A DNA stretch of 64,000 nt, taken from Mobula birostris (taxonomy: Eukaryota). Each line of letters begins with the position of its first letter. Position 1 is the first letter of the stretch. The notes below the pieces were generated by a model, which saw only the letters and a program-made list of their open reading frames with translations, was not told where the DNA came from and ran no database searches. The stretch covers positions 39,283,130-39,347,129 of the forward strand of contig NC_092375.1 of the NCBI RefSeq assembly GCF_030028105.1. The letters are read 5' to 3'. Position numbers and translations under genes: made by a program. Shown piece by piece: positions 24,680-37,184 of the stretch.

Positions 24680-25770
24680 ATACAACAAAGAACATATAGC
24701 ACAGTACAGGCCCTTCGGCCCATGATGTTGTGCTGACCCTTTAACCTACTCTACTTTTCTCTCCTATCTAGCCCTCCAGTTTTCTTTCATCCATACGCCT
24801 ATCTAAGAGCCCCTAATGTATCTGTTTCTACCATCACCCTTGGCGGTGTGTTCCATGCATCTACCACTCTCCGTGTAAAACAAAAACCTACTTTTGACAT
24901 CCCCCTGTACTTTCCTCCAAACACTTTAAACTTATGCCCCTTCATATTAACCATATCTGTCCTGGGAAAAAGTGTCTTGCTGACCTCTTTATCAATGCCT
25001 GTCATCATTTTGTACATCTTCTGCCAAGTCACCTCTCATTCTCCTCCTTCCCATAGAGAAAAGTCCTAGCTTGTTCAGCTTACCCTCATAAGAAATGCTG
25101 TCTAATCCAGGCAGCATCCTGGTAAATCTTCCCTACACATCTTTCCTATAATGACCAGAACTAACCCCAGTATTCCAAGTGTGGGCTAACCCGAGTTTTA
25201 TAGAGCTGCAACATTACATTGTGGCTCTTGAACTCAGTCCCCTGACTAATGAAGGCCAACACCATTAGTCTTCTAAAGTATCCTATCAACTTTGAGGATG
25301 TGAACCCCAAATCCCTCTGTTCCTTCACATTGTTAAGAATCCTGCCTTCAAGTTTGAACTTCCAAAGTGAATCACTTCACAACTTTCTGATTGTTTCCCA
25401 TTGTAATCAACACCAACCTTCTACGCAATTCCCGACACCACATGCCTTCATGTTATCTACAAACTCACTAACCCACCCATCCACTTCCTCATCCAAGTCA
25501 TTCATAAAAATCATAAACAGCAGTTGTCCCAGAACAGATTCACCAAACCCCAGGGAGAATATGCTCCATCTGCTACCACCCTCTACCTTCTGTGGGCAAA
25601 CCAATTCTGAATCCACACAGCCAAATTTCACTCGATCGTATACCTCCTGACTTTCTGACTAAGCCTACCATGGGGAACCTAGTCAAATGCCTTACCAAAA
25701 TCCATGCATACCATATCCTCTACTCTGCCTTCATCAGCTTGTTTTGTCATTTTTTCTAAGAATTCAATCA
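24680..25770 (-). mobile_element. Decayed CR1 LINE (RT to 3' end, internal deletions)
   Basis: ORF 25407..25631 (ESVLGQLLFMIFMNDLDE...FVDNMK), CR1 3' stem-loop GGGCCGAAGGGCCTGT. Confidence 0.85.
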
Positions 25771-27119
25771 TGAAAGATCATTATTAGGAGAGAGTGTCAA
25801 TCGATAACACAACTAAAAGAGTGGAACTAATTCTGTGAACTATGGTCCTTTCAAGATACACTCAATATTCAGATCTCATGGTCAAATAATGTAGTTTACT
25901 TAAAATAAAGTAGATTGAATGAAACTGGTGGGCTGACTAGTTAGTTCACATATATTATTTACTTTAAGGCTGTCATCATCCATAATCCTTTTATTCTGCC
26001 ATTCTTTTGGTATTCTGACACTAAATTATTAAAGGATATGTAAATTGGAAACTGAAATATATTTTCCTATGCACATTGGGAAAATGAATTAGAAAAAAAT
26101 AATCAGGATTTCAAAGAATTCTTGATATGGTCATCACATCAGAAAGATGCCCAAGAGAGTTTCTGTTGCTTTTTTTGCATTAAAGGAATGACTGAAAATG
26201 TATACAAATTGAAAATTTATTCAGGTCAACAGTGTTTCTCCTCATTCTACATTCCAAAAGAGAGCATCCCAGTCACTTCGACTTTAATAGAAGCATTTTC
26301 TATTTCTACAGTAAAGAAAAGATGTGGAAGAAAACTCTGAATAAAGGGTTAACATATCTGAGTTTCTAGCACTCTGCACTTCCCTTCAATTAGCAATATG
26401 CCTCGTGCTGGCATTAGTGCATGGCACAGCTGCATAAACAAGGTGAAGGCAATGAAGGTTGTACAGGACTCTGGGCTGTAAAAGTTTCTGACAATTAAAG
26501 TGTCCTAGTTTTCACCTTACCTGGGGTACTAACATATATACCAAATTATACCTTTGTACTTTAATGACATTGCATCTAAGGGTTTAATGAACTATCTATA
26601 TATCATAAATAAAGATTTACCATTCGGCCTGGGTTCTCAGCATGCTTGAAATAATCTAACTTAGTTTCAAGGATGTTTAACAACCTATCTCTCTGTGTTG
26701 CAGGCAGACAAGAGACTGTTACTGGCATTTTCGTGGGAATTGAAAAGGAAAACAGAATTGAACTTTTTTTAAACTTTGATGTAATTGACTTTCTGTGTCA
26801 TGCTATGATTAATGTTCTTTGGAAGACTTGATGATTGCACTGTTTGCGAGTCATTCTTCCCTTATTCATGAATAAAGGTATTCTCTAGTCACTTCAAAGT
26901 CTGTAACCAACTTTAATTGAATTTCCTTAGCGAGTTAATTTCCCTAACAAAAGATTACCCTTAATGTTTCAGAGCTTAGATCAAAGTTGTCCAATTTCAT
27001 CCATTAACCATGAAGTGAGGAAGAGGGAAAATGAAAATTATATCTGAACGATATTCAGGAAAACCAAAGATAGGCCATTTATGAAATAATATGAGTTAAC
27101 AGAGTTTTAAGAACAGGAA

Positions 27120-27480
27120 AAGATGCTGAATGGTTATGATAAGCTTCTGTAAGAAAACAAAACTAGCAAAACAGGTATCCGGATGTAGTAGATCTGGATT
27201 TTCAAAAGGCATTTCATAAAGTTTCATAAAAAAAATTATTAATTAAAATAAAAGCCTGCAACAGCATTTATTGACAAGGATAGAGAACTTGTTAAAGAAC
27301 AAGAAACACGGACAGCAGAAATGAACAGATCCTATATTTAAAGATTATGTTAGTGGCTTGGGCCTATGAAACACAATTTCAAAATTGGCAGATGAAACAA
27401 AATCTGCAAATACAGTAAACTGTGAGATAGTGATCAGCTTGTCAATGAGAGAATGGGAGCAGTCAGAAAATGAGAACATA
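27120..27480 (+). mobile_element. Highly decayed CR1 RT fragment
   Basis: gtagtagatctggattttcaaaaggcatttcataaagttt (YLDFQKAFDKV-like) and aaattggcagatgaaacaaaa (KFADDTK-like). Confidence 0.6.
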
Positions 27481-27619
27481 GACAAAAGTTTATTGTGCGT
27501 TTTTTCCCCTTTTTATGCCTTTTCTTCTCCTCTGGATGTGGAACACATGCCCAGCTTGTCTATGGGACATGTCCTTCTGTCTCCTGCTGGCTCCTGCTCA
27601 AGTCTTCCTTCTGCCATTT

Positions 27620-27760
27620 TGAATACTAGCTATTTCTTCACCTCTTCTGTTTCTTTCCAGCCAAGATGAAGGCCTCAACCCAAACATCAACTGTATATAT
27701 CCCTCCATAAATGCTGCCTGACTAATTGAGTTCCTCCAGTGGTTTGTGTGTTGCTACATT
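27620..27760 (+). repeat. PLE 3' terminal fragment with decayed hammerhead
   Basis: ttccagccaagatgaaggcctcaacccaaacatcaact...atgctgcctgactaattgagttcctccag. Confidence 0.65.
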
Positions 27761-28451
27761 TTTTCTATGTTCCCTTGACTACATTCTCACTCTCTCAGTG
27801 CTCCCATTCACTGATTGACTTGCTAACCCTGTTAACAGCCTATCCCCATGGTCATCCCCCTTCCCCATCTGATCAGTACCATCCTTAATACTTGTGCTTC
27901 CCACTAAGAGGACCTTTCAGTAGGTGTGTTTGTTCAGTTTCATTTCTGCCCTGTTCAGAATCTGATGATGTGGAAAAAGCGCTTGCAGTTGCCCATGTGC
28001 TGTAAGTGAGCTTAAAAATATTTTGACATTGCGAGATGGGTAGACTGAGGAACAGACAAAATAACTTTTTCCAGTTGCTACTATTGGTTTCTTCAATAAC
28101 AATGTAAACTGGAGAAAGAATAGCGCCATTATGCAAATGCAAGACTTAGCCTAGAAAGTTTGCTGCTAAAAATCTCCTCGCCCAAACTATCATTTCACCT
28201 AGAGTAACAAAATGGTACAAACCAACATTAGGGAATTTAGCTCTTTAGAACAACTGTATACAAGCAGTGTCCTTGAACAATGAAACTGGTGTATGATATG
28301 TCCAGAGAGCAATGACGACTGGCATTAGTACGACCATGAGGAATCCAAGAAATAAGAAATGGAAAAACCATAGACAAGATACAAGATTGCTCAGTGCAAA
28401 ACCACCAATCAACATCCAATAGACCAGAAAACAATATCAAACCTTGGCTAT

Positions 28452-28690
28452 TATTATGTACTTTATATTTCAATAATATTTGAGTTATTTTATATAGTTT
28501 GATTAAGCATTCTCCTTCTAAAAATTAGGTATGGGTTATATGTAAAAATACATTAATCGGATATGTCAACACACTACCACGTGATACATGTGTGCCCTGC
28601 TTAAAGTAAACTCAAAGTTAGACCAGAATTCCTTGACTCCCGTGTCTTCCTTTGAATTAGTTTAATGTTTTGAAGGTATAAAACACAACA
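28452..28690 (+). repeat. 5' LTR (~239 bp)
   Basis: Start (tattatgtactttatatttcaataatatttgag...gtttgattaagcattc) aligns with 29553-29619; ends in CA directly before the PBS. Confidence 0.8.
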
Positions 28691-28691
28691 T

Positions 28692-28709
28692 TAGTGACAA
28701 GGATGGGAC
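28692..28709 (+). promoter_or_regulatory. Primer-binding site complementary to tRNA-Ser(GCU) 3' end
   Basis: TAGTGACAAGGATGGGAC vs expected TGGCGACGAGGATGGGAT (14/18; two differences are CpG transitions). tRNA sequence is recalled. Confidence 0.7.
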
Positions 28710-28720
28710 AAGGATAACCT

Positions 28721-29262
28721 CTGGTTGATAAACATATTGGACCAAGGAAGATCCATGCTATTCAGAAGAATCATGGAAGTGACGAAAGCCATGGTCTGAC
28801 TACATCAGTTTTTGTAGACAACATATCTAAGAAAGCTTCTGATATGTTAATCAGGCAGTTACTTGTAAAAAATGGCTTGGTTTTAAGCTGGAAGAGAACT
28901 CAAAGAGCTTCAGGAAAGTTGCAGGTATTCAGTTTTTGCGAGTGTAAAGAACCAGAATCTACCCTGCGCACATTAAGGTTATTGCATGAACTTCAAGTGA
29001 GAGGCCAAAAGCTATTGTAAAAGTGGATGTAAAGACCAAATCCAAACTGGATGATTAGAAGGTCAAAAAGAAAGGAGTCAATGGAGATACAAAAATGGAG
29101 GAATCATCAGATGATGTTGTGAATAAGGAAACCAAGAGGAGAGATCAGATCATAAAGGGGGCAATAGAAGAATTAATAAGAAAATACTCCAGTTTACAAA
29201 ATGCATCTTCACAAGATCGAGTTGCACAAACTGGAAGAAGATGAGAAAAGGAGAAGAAAGAT
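28721..29262 (+). pseudogene. RBM25: Processed (intron-less) RBM25 fragment: pre-RRM linker, RRM and following charged region
   Basis: VDKHIGPRKIHAIQKNHGSDESHGLTTSVFVDNISKKASDMLIRQLLVKNGLVLSWKRTQRASGKLQVFSFCECKEPESTLRTLRLLHELQV...VKVDVKTK...ETKRRDQIIKGAIEELIRKYSS is collinear with human RBM25 as recalled (TTTVFVGNISEKASDMLIRQLLAKCGLVLSWKRVQGASGKLQAFGFCEYKEPESTLRALRLLH...ETKRRDQMIKGAIEVLIREYSS). 1-nt deletion at 29017/18; stops at 29056 and 29242; no start codon ahead of the RRM. Confidence 0.93.
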
Positions 29263-29539
29263 GTCCAGAGCTATCAGAACCACTTCCTGTGTTTCAGAGT
29301 CAACTCCTACAATCACCACGGAGACAGCGCCAGAACCTGATATTGTTTCACAGCCACATGTCTCTTCTGCCAAGCAGAGTGATGCCCTTTGTCAGGAAAG
29401 ACATATGCAATTAATGTATCTTTACATATAACCTGTAATTAATTACTATGCTGTGGGTGTCTGTATATAGTAGTTGTATTATTTAGTATACTGTGTATAT
29501 AATTGAGATGCATTTTCTGTTGAGTTAGAGTTTATAGCT

Positions 29540-29619
29540 AAGCAGGGAGAGGTGTTGGGTATTTAATATTTTAGTAATATTTGAGTAATCTTGAAAATAT
29601 ATTGTTTGATAAGGCATTC
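29540..29619 (+). repeat. Polypurine tract plus truncated 3' LTR
   Basis: AAGCAGGGAGAGG immediately followed by TGTTGGGTATTTAATATTTTAGTAATATTTGAG. Confidence 0.8.
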
Positions 29620-30129
29620 AGCTGTAGTTTCATGGAGGGAAGTTACAATGATAGCTCTAATCATTGAACTCTTACTGACATCCTTCCAGGAATAAGAAAA
29701 TAACTTCAAAAGTTTTGTGGTAACATGAGACTATTCAGCACCTTGGTTACATTGTTGTCTGAAGATATGGCTTGCTTTGCAAATTTGTAATTCTCATATG
29801 ATCTGGAATTTTGGAAGTCTGTAATGCTCAGGCATTGGCATCAAATTCCCACCAAAATATTGGGAATTTGATGCCAATGTTTTGTGGTCACAAATGAATT
29901 TGCTCCTCAAAAAATCTTGCTGCTTATCAAAAACTGTAAGCACTGGATGTTACTGGAGTAGATTTTCCAGTCCTAAACCTGGGCAATTGAATTATCTAGA
30001 CACAACAATATGGAAAATGTAGTGAAAAAGACTGTAAAGCAGTCAGCAAGCCCTTCAGTTTTTTGATTACATATTTCTTTATCCTTAACCCATATGTAGT
30101 GACTTAAAATTAAAGATTGGCTTTTTTTT

Positions 30130-30406
30130 ATTGAGAGAACGTACAGTGATATGCGTCATTTGCTTCAAATAAAATCAGCGAGGAGCGTGCAGCCCACAAG
30201 TGTTGCCATGCTTCCGGCACCAACATAGCATGATCAAAACTTACTAATGCTGACCCTACCATACGTCCATGGAAAGTGGGACGGAACCCACGCGGTCACG
30301 GGGAGAGTTCACAAACTCGTTACGGGCAGTGGCCGGAATGAAACCCTAACCAGAGATCAGTAACCCTGTGAAGCAGTTGAACTAACTACTACACCACTGA
30401 GCCACC
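30130..30406 (-). mobile_element. V-SINE-like tRNA-derived SINE
   Basis: Minus head GGTGGCTCAGTGGTGTAGTAGTTAG; V-domain-like TTTGTGAACTCTCCCCGTGACCGCGTGGGTTCC. Confidence 0.7.
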
Positions 30407-30889
30407 CAGACTTTTACCCTTTCCGAAATCCTCTCTCTTAAGCTTTACTTAATATGTGCCAGACTAGTTTGGTGACGGTCCATCCCTTAATATCAAAGTC
30501 TTTTGCTTCAAATACTTTCTCCTGCCTTTAAGCTCTCACCAGATTGTAATCTTCTCCTGTTTCCTCAACAAGCCAAATCTCAGGTTCTTCCCCAAGATCT
30601 ACTTCCTTCTTTCCATTCTCATTACATCCCATTTCCACCTGAATTCACCTTGCTACCCCTCATTGGTTTCATTGTCACTTGTGCTCCAGTTACTGCTCCT
30701 TCAGGTACCATATCTAGCTCACAACCAGGTTAACCAACCTTCACAAGATTAGGTGTGAATAAAAACAAAAGAATGGTCATCACTGAACGTATAGCCAGGA
30801 AGAGCTCTTTGAATGAACTATCCAATCAGTTTCTCACACTACCCCACAATTCCCTATGTTCTTTCTGCATATTTTTCAATACTTCCCCT

Positions 30890-31246
30890 CTCTGGACAGA
30901 GTGGATGGGGCAAATTTGTTTCCCATGGTAGGGGAGTCTAGTACGAGAGGGTATGGCTTAAGGATTGAAAGGCACCCATTCAGAACAGAGATGCAAGGAA
31001 ATTTTTTCAGCCAGAGGGTGGTGAGTCTGTGGAATTTGTTGCCACGGGCGGCAGTGGAGGCCAAATCATTGGCTGTATTTAAGGCAGAGATTGATAGGTA
31101 TCCGAGTAGCCAGGACATCAAAGGTTATGGTGAGAAGGTGGGGGAGTGGGACTAAATGGGAGAATGGATCAACTCATGATAAAATGGTGGAGCAGACTTG
31201 ATGGGCCGAATGGCTGACTTCTGCTCCTTTGTCTTATGGTCTTATG
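30890..31246 (+). mobile_element. CR1 3' end
   Basis: ORF 30856..31155 (LFPMVGESSTRG...NFFSQRVVSLWN); tail CTTATGGTCTTATG. Confidence 0.9.
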
Positions 31247-32119
31247 TATCTATTCAACTTTCTGTAAACTGATGTCACTGAATGTTTCCATCACTGTGTC
31301 AGGCATTGCATTCCAGATCTTAACAACATATTCCTTATGTCTCCTGTGAGCTGTGGCCAATCTTAAAACTTTATCCCTGATTACTCATGCTTCTGGTACT
31401 AAGAGCTGTTTCTTGTTTTTGGCTCTGTCCAAGCCATTCTTAGTTTTTTAGTTCTATTAAATCGCCTACTAGCATTCATTGCTCTAAGGACACTGAACCC
31501 AGCTTCTCAAACATATTGCATAGACCATTCTAGCTAATTTCTTCTGCAGTCTGTCCTAAGTCTTTTCATCTGTACTAAAGTATGCTGACTGGAATTGGTC
31601 ATGATACTCCAGCTGGCCTTAAACTATATCTCAGAAGTATGAAGTTTAACATGTTGTTTTTGAACACTCTGACCTCAAATTTCATCACTGTCTCAGATAC
31701 CTCACAATCTCTGTGAATTACCTGCCTCATATCCACACTCAAATTCAAGGTCACAGCTGCTGTAACCGTGAAGTTCACCTCTAAAATGAGAATTTATGTC
31801 TGAGTGATTACTTCACCTAATCCTCCACAATATTGCAGGTCCTCTGTTTCTATCTTTCTTCCCTCTCCAGCTGGTCTTTCGTCTTCCCCACATCCCTTAA
31901 TTTTATCTCCTCAAATTCCCCCCCTTCACAAAAGTGTGATGACTTATTTATGACTTGTCAGTCATTCTAATATAATTGTTCATACACCACCAATACTCCA
32001 GAACTATTCCTCCAAAACAGAAACTCATCAGCCACTTTCTGAAACTCCTACCCTCTGTCGTAGAACATAGATCAGTAATGAGCCCTTTGGCCCACAATAT
32101 TGTGCTGACCCGAACCCAC

Positions 32120-32907
32120 TCTGCGAGTTAGATCAGCTGGTTGAGTGGTATTGCAGTAACAACCTTGCACTCAATGTTAGGAAGACCAAGAAAATGATTG
32201 TGGACTTCAGGAAGGGGGAGTCGAAGGAACACACACCAGAACTCATTGAGTGATCAGAAGTGGAAAGGGTGAACAGTTTCAAGATCCTGGGTGTCAAAAT
32301 CTCTGAGGATCTATCCTGGGCCCAACATATTGATGCAATTACAAAGAAGACATGAGAGTGGCTGTACTTAATTGGAGTTTGAGGAGATTCTGTATGTCAC
32401 CAAAGACACTCACAAGTATCTATAGATGTACCGTGGAAAGCATTCTAACCGTTTGGTATGGAAGAGCTACTGTGCAGGATTGGAAAAAGCTGCAGAAAGT
32501 TGTAAATTGAACCAACTCCATCACGGATACTATCTTCCCTGCATCCAGGACAGCTTCAAAAGGCAACGCCACAGAAAGGTGCATCCATCATTGAGAAAGC
32601 CCATCAACCAGGACGTGCCCTCGTCTCATTGCTTTTGTCAAAGAGGAGGCACGGAGCCCGAAGACACACACTCAATATCTCAGGGACAGCTTCTTCCCCT
32701 CCGCCATCAGATTTCTGAATGGACAGTGAGCTCATGCACCTCAGTATTTTTCCCTCTCTTTTTGCACTACTTATTTAATGTTTTTTATATCTACTTATTG
32801 TAATTTATAGATTTATTACTAGGTTTTTATGTGATGCTGCAGCAAAGCAACAAGTTTCACAACATATGCTGGTGATATTCAACCTGATTCTGATTCTGAT
32901 TCTGAAT
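32120..32907 (+). mobile_element. Rex1/Babar-type LINE 3' portion
   Basis: NNLALNVRKTKKMIVDFR...FKILGV; (ATTCTG)n tail at ~32886-32907. Confidence 0.85.
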
Positions 32908-33560
32908 CTAACCCTTCCCCTCCTACGTGTATCTGCTCTTTACCAACATCCCCACCAGGCATATATCACTCTCGACATATAAAAAAAACTGCCTCCTACC
33001 ACTCCCCTAAATCTTCTTCCACTCACTTTAAACTGTTGTCCTCTAGAATTAGCCACTGCCACACTGGAAAAAAGACGATGGCTCTTCACTCTCTCTGAAC
33101 CTCCTATAATTTTATACACCTTGATCAAGTTGTCTCTCAACCTTCTTCGCTCCAAAAGAGAAAAGCTCTGGTTTGCTCAACCTTTCCTCATAAAACATGT
33201 CCTCTAATCCAGACAGCTTCCTGGTAATCTCCTCTGTACCCTCACTGGAGTTTCCAACTCCTTCCTATAATGAGGCAGCCAGAAACGAACACAATACTTC
33301 AACTGTGGTCTACCTAGAGTTACTTTGCGGCTCTTAATCTCAATCCCCCAACTAATGAAGACCAACCTCTTAACCACCTTACCAACTTGCATGATAACTT
33401 TGAGGGGTCTGTGATGTGGACCCCAAGACCCCACTGTTCCTCTACGCTGCTAACTATCCTACCAGTAACCTTGTACTCTGCCTTCACCTTTGATCTTACC
33501 TTGTGTTCTGCCTTCAAGTTCAATTTCACCTATCTTGTTAATCTCCAACACATCATTTTA
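32908..33560 (-). mobile_element. Decayed CR1 3' region
   Basis: ORFs 32940..33155 and 33204..33434 (RPQLKYCVRFWLPHYRK; RRLRDNLIKVYKII). Confidence 0.85.
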
Positions 33561-35794
33561 TTAATTTTGCAGCTCAATCCCTTCCTTCAAGTGACCTGAG
33601 CTTAACCAAGCTTTTTCCAAAATACTTATAGAATCATTGGAAGTTAGAGTATTGAAATAGGCCATTGTTTTTCTTTTATTCTCCCCATATTTTCATCCAG
33701 TCCCCCCTAGACTCTACCTCCCTCCTGCAGACTGGTGACAATTTACAGTGGCCAACTGTATGTCTTTAGGAGGGTTCTGTTATCAAATATTAGTGTTAGG
33801 CAAACTACTAATTGCCAAACTTTAAGGAACTTAACTACCTCAATATTTCATTCTTTTCCTTAATTATGCCTTTTATAATCACCTATTCCATCTGAATTTT
33901 GCTTAAGCATATTACAAAGTTGCTTAAAAATTATGTGAACTCCTGCCTTCTTGTGTAGCATAACACATTTCTTGCTCTTTGCAGTATGTTTTCAGTGTGG
34001 TTTAGAAGATGTTTGAAAAGCAACTTAGCTGCGGTGGTTTAAATGAGTGGAGCTACCTCTAAGCATGTAGATTTCCTGTGTAATAATGCTGCTCTGCACC
34101 TTATCACAGTTTCATCTGTCATCCAAGTGCAGAGAGCTGGTTGACAGGCTGAGGCACCAACCTAGTTTGCAGAGCAACCATTCCACTTATCTGCTTTCTA
34201 CGCAGTGCAAAGTGCTGGAGCTAGCCAACCATAATGGACACAACTTGTTTTAAATCATAAGTCAGATTCTCCATTTTAATTGAATCCAGTGGTGGTGAAC
34301 ACCACACAGCACAGAAAAGCTAATAAAACGAATTTGTTTCCATTTCTTCTCATTCTTTCATGTCAGTAAATTGAAACCAAATACTAAATGCTCTTCAATT
34401 AGTGACTATATTTATATGAGTTTGACTATGATGTTCATGATTGAGATTTTTCAATAGAATACATTCTACTGGGGAGTTTACCCCATTTTTAAAATATATT
34501 TGGGTAATTAAAAAGATAAACAGAGAATTCACTCTTGGAAACAACACAGCAGGCTTTTATGCAAAGCATATTTGTTGAAAGCTAACTAGAGGCTGTGGAG
34601 CAAAACGTATTTCCTTTCTAATTATCACACCAAAACAAATTTGTTTGCAGAAACCATCCTGGATCAATGTATACAATCTGAGATTATGGCCTGACAGATT
34701 GATTTATTCTTAGTTATGGATCTGAGCTACACAGCCAACAATTTTGCTCTAATATGATTAATATCATTTCAAGTAGTCTGCAGAACATGTGACTGCCTTA
34801 TATCAACAGGTTCTCTTTATCATACTGAAACTAAAGTTGTATGTTGCTCTCTTGGTGTTAATATATGCAGCACTGCCCTTTGTGACAAGCTTGGAATGAA
34901 TTCAGTTGCACATATCAAGTAACAGCTCCTAGCTGGAACTCTGTCAGTAACCTATTTAGGATAGATTTCTAGGAACCAGGGGCTACGAATTCCACAGTAA
35001 ACATGCTTCACCATAAGCATGAACTAATGGGAAACTCACTCAGCAAGTCCCCAGCTCGGGCCTATTCAAAGTATGAGCATGGAATGCATGCAAAAAAAAA
35101 TCTTGAGCTGACTTCTTTTCACTACCAGAGGGAAAAATCAAAGGCTAGGGCAAAAACAAAATACTTTGAAATTATTCTTGGGAATGTTGGAGCTAATCTG
35201 GCAAGAGGTAGTTAACTACCGTTGGCTCTTAATGAGCAAGATCTCAAATGTTCCATTTTATTGGAATTAAAATGTGTGATTAGTTTCACTTCAGAGGACG
35301 GAGAAGCTTTGTAGCTCAACACTTCCACTGAGCAACTCATTGTAACTTCCTTCTCAACTCACTGGGCTGTCCCTCTTTCTTTTCAATTCTTATGCCTCAT
35401 AACAAAACAGCACTGACAATGTCAGAAATTACATCAAAAAGTGATTGTGACAAGTATCACGAGGACAGCTGTGATCATTTACATTCCTTCATCTTTCTTG
35501 TCTTATTTTCGCCTTCGGCTACACTTACTCCAGTGTCTTTCCAGCATCACCCAGTCAACGTGATCACTAAACATTCTCAGTTAGAATGCGTCTGTTTTTA
35601 ATTGAATCCTGTAATTTGCAGTGTATCTGGAAAATCTCAAAGTCTAGCACAGCTCATGACATTCGTTCCTTTCTCACGCAGTGGCCTGATGCATGAGCAG
35701 AGTGCCTGCGATGCTTACTCTGGAGGGGAGCTTGCTGTATCAATACCATCAACGAGTTCCCCAGTGCCCACCTCTTTAATATCTCCCATCTCTG

Positions 35795-36610
35795 TCGTGT
35801 ATATCAATGATTTAGATGATGGAAGATATGGCTTTGTTGCCAAGTTTGCAGGTGATACGAAGATTGGTGGAGGGGCAGGTAGTTTTGAGGAAACAGGTAG
35901 GATGCAGAAGGACTTAGACAGATTCGGAGAATGGGCAAGAAGGTGGCAAATGAAATACAATGTTGGAAAATGCATGGTCATGCTCTTTGATAGAAGAAAT
36001 GGATGTGCTGACTATTTTATAAACGGGGAGGAAATCCAAAAATTCTGAAATGCAAAAAAACTTGAGAGCCCTTGTGCAGAACACACTAAAGGTTAATTTG
36101 CAGGTTGAGTTGGTGATGAGGAAAGCAAACGCAATGTTAGCATTCATTTCAAGAGGTCTAAAATATAAGAGCAGGGATATGTTGCTGAGGCTTTATAAGG
36201 CACTGGTGAGGCCTCACCTTGAGGATTGTGAACAGTTTTGGGCTCCTTATCTAAGGAAAGATGTGCTGGAAATGGAGACGGTTCAGAGGAGGTTCACAAA
36301 GACGATTCTGGGAATAAAAGGGTTATCATATGAGGAGCATTTGATGGCTCTGGGCCTGTACTCACAGAATTTAGAAAGGTGAGGGGGGAATCTCATTGAA
36401 ACCTTCAAATGCTGAAAGGCCTAGGCAGAGTAGATGTGGAAAGGATGTTTCCCGTGGTGGAGGAGTCTAGGACAAGAGGACATAGCCTCAGGATGGTGGA
36501 GCATCCATTTAAAACAGAGATATGGAGAAACTTCTTTAGCTGTGATTGAATAGCGGAACAGACTCAATAGGCCGAATAGCCTAATTCTGCTCCCATGTCT
36601 TCTGGTCTTA
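35795..36610 (+). mobile_element. CR1 RT end and 3' region
   Basis: YINDLDD...KFAGDTKIGG; LYKALVRPHLEDCEQFWAPY; 3' stem-loop. Confidence 0.9.
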
Positions 36611-37184
36611 TCGCTGGCTGAGCTCAAGAGATGCCACATCCTTTTTTGACAGCTTTGTTGCCTCCTGATAGTGATTCAGATCTCTTCCCTTTGTTCCTTT
36701 GTTAGCCTGGTAAATCTGTGACCTTCTAGTTTGCACCAAGGCCTATTCGCCAATCACCTTGTGCTTGCTGACCTTCAGTTGGCTCAAATGGCTTCGAGTT
36801 AAATAATAATTCCATTTTAAAGTTTTCAAACCTCTGCATAGCTTTGTCCCTCCCTACCTCTCTAAACTCTTCCAGGTCTCACAAAAAGCCTGATTTTAAT
36901 TGCTCCACCAAAGCTGGCCTTTGAATATCCTGCATAAACAGTTCTTTCCAGTCTCATTCTGTCTTCATACTTCCTATGCAGTTAAAAATTGTTTGATTAC
37001 GCTGTGTGAAGTGAATTGTGACGGCTTACAATGTTAAAGGAACTATATAAATGCTATTTACAATGATGCACACAAAGACAGTGGATCTCATTACATTTGT
37101 TTCAAATAATCAGGGCATGTATGTTCCTATTTTTATTCTCCCAGTAGTCTTAAATTAAATTGAGGGTGGACAAATCTGGATCAT

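Larger units (their letters stand above)
28452..29619 (+). mobile_element. Non-autonomous Gypsy-type LTR element carrying a captured RBM25 cDNA fragment
   Basis: 5' LTR 28452-28690 ending ...AAACACAACA; PBS 28692-28709; RBM25 segment 28721-29262; pol C-terminal tail ~29253-29405 (ERCPELSEPL, then VSESTPTITTETAPEPDIVSQP after a frameshift); PPT 29540-29552; 3' LTR 29553-29619 homologous to the start of the 5' LTR, then truncated. Confidence 0.85.

Noticed and set aside
29201-29431. ORF MHLHKIELHKLEEDEKRRRK... as a novel gene
   Set aside because: It is an out-of-frame read of the RBM25 end running into the Gypsy pol tail.
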